In this document: one piece after another, positions 62,447 to 64,000 of the stretch | Position numbering within the stretch: position 1 is the stretch's first letter | Layout of the letters: every line of letters begins with the position of its first letter | Notes under the pieces: generated by a model | What the model saw: the letters and a program-made list of their open reading frames with translations, nothing else | The model's database searches: none | Told to the model about the DNA's origin: nothing | Translations under genes and position numbers: made by a program | From: Candidatus Daviesbacteria bacterium | GTDB lineage: Bacteria; Patescibacteriota; Microgenomatia; Daviesbacterales; UBA10151 | Assembly (NCBI GenBank): GCA_028687915.1 | Contig: JAQTZF010000001.1 | Location: forward strand, 290,634-354,633 | Length of the DNA: 64,000 bases | Reading direction: 5' to 3'

Positions 62447-63628
62447 ATGAAATCTTTTTTTAACAATTTAACTACAATACAAAAAAGCTTAGTTGTATCA
62501 ATCCTTTCGATTGTTTTATTCGTTCTATTTGCCGGAGTATCTTATTCAATTTTTTCAAAAATGTCTTTAGGTGGTTCTACAGGAGGATTAGTAACTGCTT
62601 TACCATCAGCAGGTGCTGCTCTGGATGAAAATCCAAATGAACCAAAAACTGAAGTCTGTCCTCTTAACGGAGCCATGAAAACAAAAAGAGCTAAGGATAA
62701 TTGGGTAACCAGATTCCCACTAGCAGTAATGATTGAAAATCATACTGAGGCCCGTCCTCAATCAGGGTTATCTTATGCTGATGTGGTTTATGAAACAGTA
62801 GCAGAAGGTGGAATTACCCGCTTTATGGCAGTGTATCTTTGTAATTTATCTGATGTTCAGGTTGGACCTGTTAGATCAGCCAGAACATATTTCTTAGATT
62901 GGTTGTCAGAGTATAATGCTCTATATGCTCATGTTGGAGGGGCTAATACACCAGGACCAGCTGATGCTTTAAGTCAAATTATTAAATATGGAATTAAAGA
63001 TATGAATCAATTTAGTATTGGTTTCCCAACATTCTGGAGAGATTATCAAAGATTAGGTAGGGCTGTTGCCACAGAACATACCATGTATTCCACCACTCAA
63101 AAACTTTGGGAAGTTGGTGTAAAAAGAGGATGGGTTAATAATGATCAAGCTAAAAAATGGGAAGATGGGTTTATCCAATGGAAATTTAAAGATGATCAGA
63201 AGAATGTAAATGCAGCATTGCCAAGTGCTAATTCAATCAATGTAGATTTTTGGCAAGGATATGGTGATTATTCAGTTAGCTGGAGATTTGATAGTAATTG
63301 TAATTGTTACAAAAGAAGTAACGGAGGAGCACCTCACTTAGATTTAGATAATAATCAGCAACTATCACCTAAAAATATAGTTGTTCAGTTTGAAAAAGAA
63401 TCAAATGCTAATGATGGTTATGAAAATAATGCTCATTTACTTTATAAAACAACAGGTGAAGGCAGAGCTTTGATTTTCCAGGATGGAAAAGTTATTGATG
63501 GTAAGTGGAGCAAATTAAATCGTTTAGCCAGAAGTAAATATACAGACTTAAAAGGTAATGAAATAAACTTTAATCGAGGTCAGATTTGGATTCAAACTGT
63601 ACCAGAAGGGTCAAAAGTAACTTATTAG
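62447..63628 (+). CDS. DUF3048-domain protein (YerB-like, secreted/lipoprotein-like)
   Basis: N-terminal TM. RPQSGLSYADVVYETVAEGGITRFMAVY matches the DUF3048 N-domain. Confidence 0.55.
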   Translation: MKSFFNNLTTIQKSLVVSILSIVLFVLFAGVSYSIFSKMSLGGSTGGLVTALPSAGAALDENPNEPKTEVCPLNGAMKTKRAKDNWVTRFPLAVMIENHTEARPQSGLSYADVVYETVAEGGITRFMAVYLCNLSDVQVGPVRSARTYFLDWLSEYNALYAHVGGANTPGPADALSQIIKYGIKDMNQFSIGFPTFWRDYQRLGRAVATEHTMYSTTQKLWEVGVKRGWVNNDQAKKWEDGFIQWKFKDDQKNVNAALPSANSINVDFWQGYGDYSVSWRFDSNCNCYKRSNGGAPHLDLDNNQQLSPKNIVVQFEKESNANDGYENNAHLLYKTTGEGRALIFQDGKVIDGKWSKLNRLARSKYTDLKGNEINFNRGQIWIQTVPEGSKVTY

Positions 63629-63673
63629 GATTATATAAATCCTCCTGCCCAAAAAGAAAGGAGGTAAAAAATA

Positions 63674-64000
63674 ATGGAAGAGCTATTTGTATCACGTGTT
63701 CGAGTAAAACTGCTTGCACTATTTTTAACTACTCAGGAAGATTTATTACATGTTAGAGAAATTGTTCGTCGTGTTGATGAGGAAATAAACGCTGTTAGGC
63801 GAGAATTACAGAGAATGGAAAAATTTGGTATGGTATCTTCTGAGTGGAGAGCAAATCGTAGGTTATACCATTTTCGTAAAGATTATGTTTTTTACAGGGA
63901 GCTTTTAGGATTAGTTATTAAAGATAGTGGTTTAGGAGGAGCAATAGTTAAAAATAAAGCTAAGATAGGACGAATAAAATACGCAATGATGGCTATGAGA
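63674..64000 (+). CDS. putative winged-helix transcriptional regulator (partial, runs off the window end)
   Basis: RBS AAAGGAGGTAAAAAATA, then ATG at 63674. The ORF stays open to the window edge. Confidence 0.4.
   Translation, partial: MEELFVSRVRVKLLALFLTTQEDLLHVREIVRRVDEEINAVRRELQRMEKFGMVSSEWRANRRLYHFRKDYVFYRELLGLVIKDSGLGGAIVKNKAKIGRIKYAMMAMR

Overview
The window has an AT-rich host backbone (roughly 33-38% GC, bases 1-22360 and 59840-64000) interrupted by a GC-richer insert (roughly 50-55% GC) of about 37.5 kb. The insert is a prophage sitting in the middle of the host comM/yifB gene (Mg-chelatase-like AAA+ ATPase). The N-terminal fragment is 21452..22402 and the C-terminal fragment is 59830..60444. 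Host genes include a fermentative module (2-oxoacid:ferredoxin oxidoreductase beta and alpha, and an ADP-forming acetyl-CoA synthetase fused to an FNR-like reductase domain). There is also a tRNA-Pro(GGG), a YjjX ITPase plus NUDIX hydrolase, recA-recX, RNase Y, HU, miaA, an AI-2E transporter, a compact RNase P RNA, a histidine kinase and HtrA. The prophage has a tyrosine integrase (+ strand) at its left end. All other recognizable phage genes are on the minus strand and read from attR to attL. In that order they are: a sigma-r4-like HTH protein, an SSAP-like protein, a winged-HTH replication initiator-like protein, a RusA-like resolvase, small ATGA-overlapping ORFs, and the terminase small and large subunits. 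An accessory block follows (Xis-family HTH, MltG-like transglycosylase, secreted protein, secreted SNase-Excalibur nuclease). After it come the portal, scaffold, major capsid protein, a KH-domain protein, an 862-aa protein with three copies of a novel ~170-aa domain plus a PGRP/amidase_2 domain, a beta-propeller-like protein, a repeat-rich tail fibre, a 1723-aa giant virion protein and a lysis cassette (C39-like peptidase endolysin, holin-like proteins). No tail tube, sheath or classical tape measure is recognizable, so the virion is probably podovirus-like. No CRISPR array, rRNA or classical defense system was seen. The composition jump, the mid-gene comM insertion with inverted integrase arm sites, and the unusual virion and accessory genes suggest a novel, recently acquired temperate phage. 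The host may be a small-genome fermentative lineage, possibly CPR/Patescibacteria-like, but this is inference only. Functional calls come from motif recognition by eye and no database search was possible. The displayed sequence has local 1-nt inconsistencies with the ORF track near 53.7-54.0 kb. Coordinates of self-called small ORFs in that stretch are +/-1, and no frameshift is claimed there.
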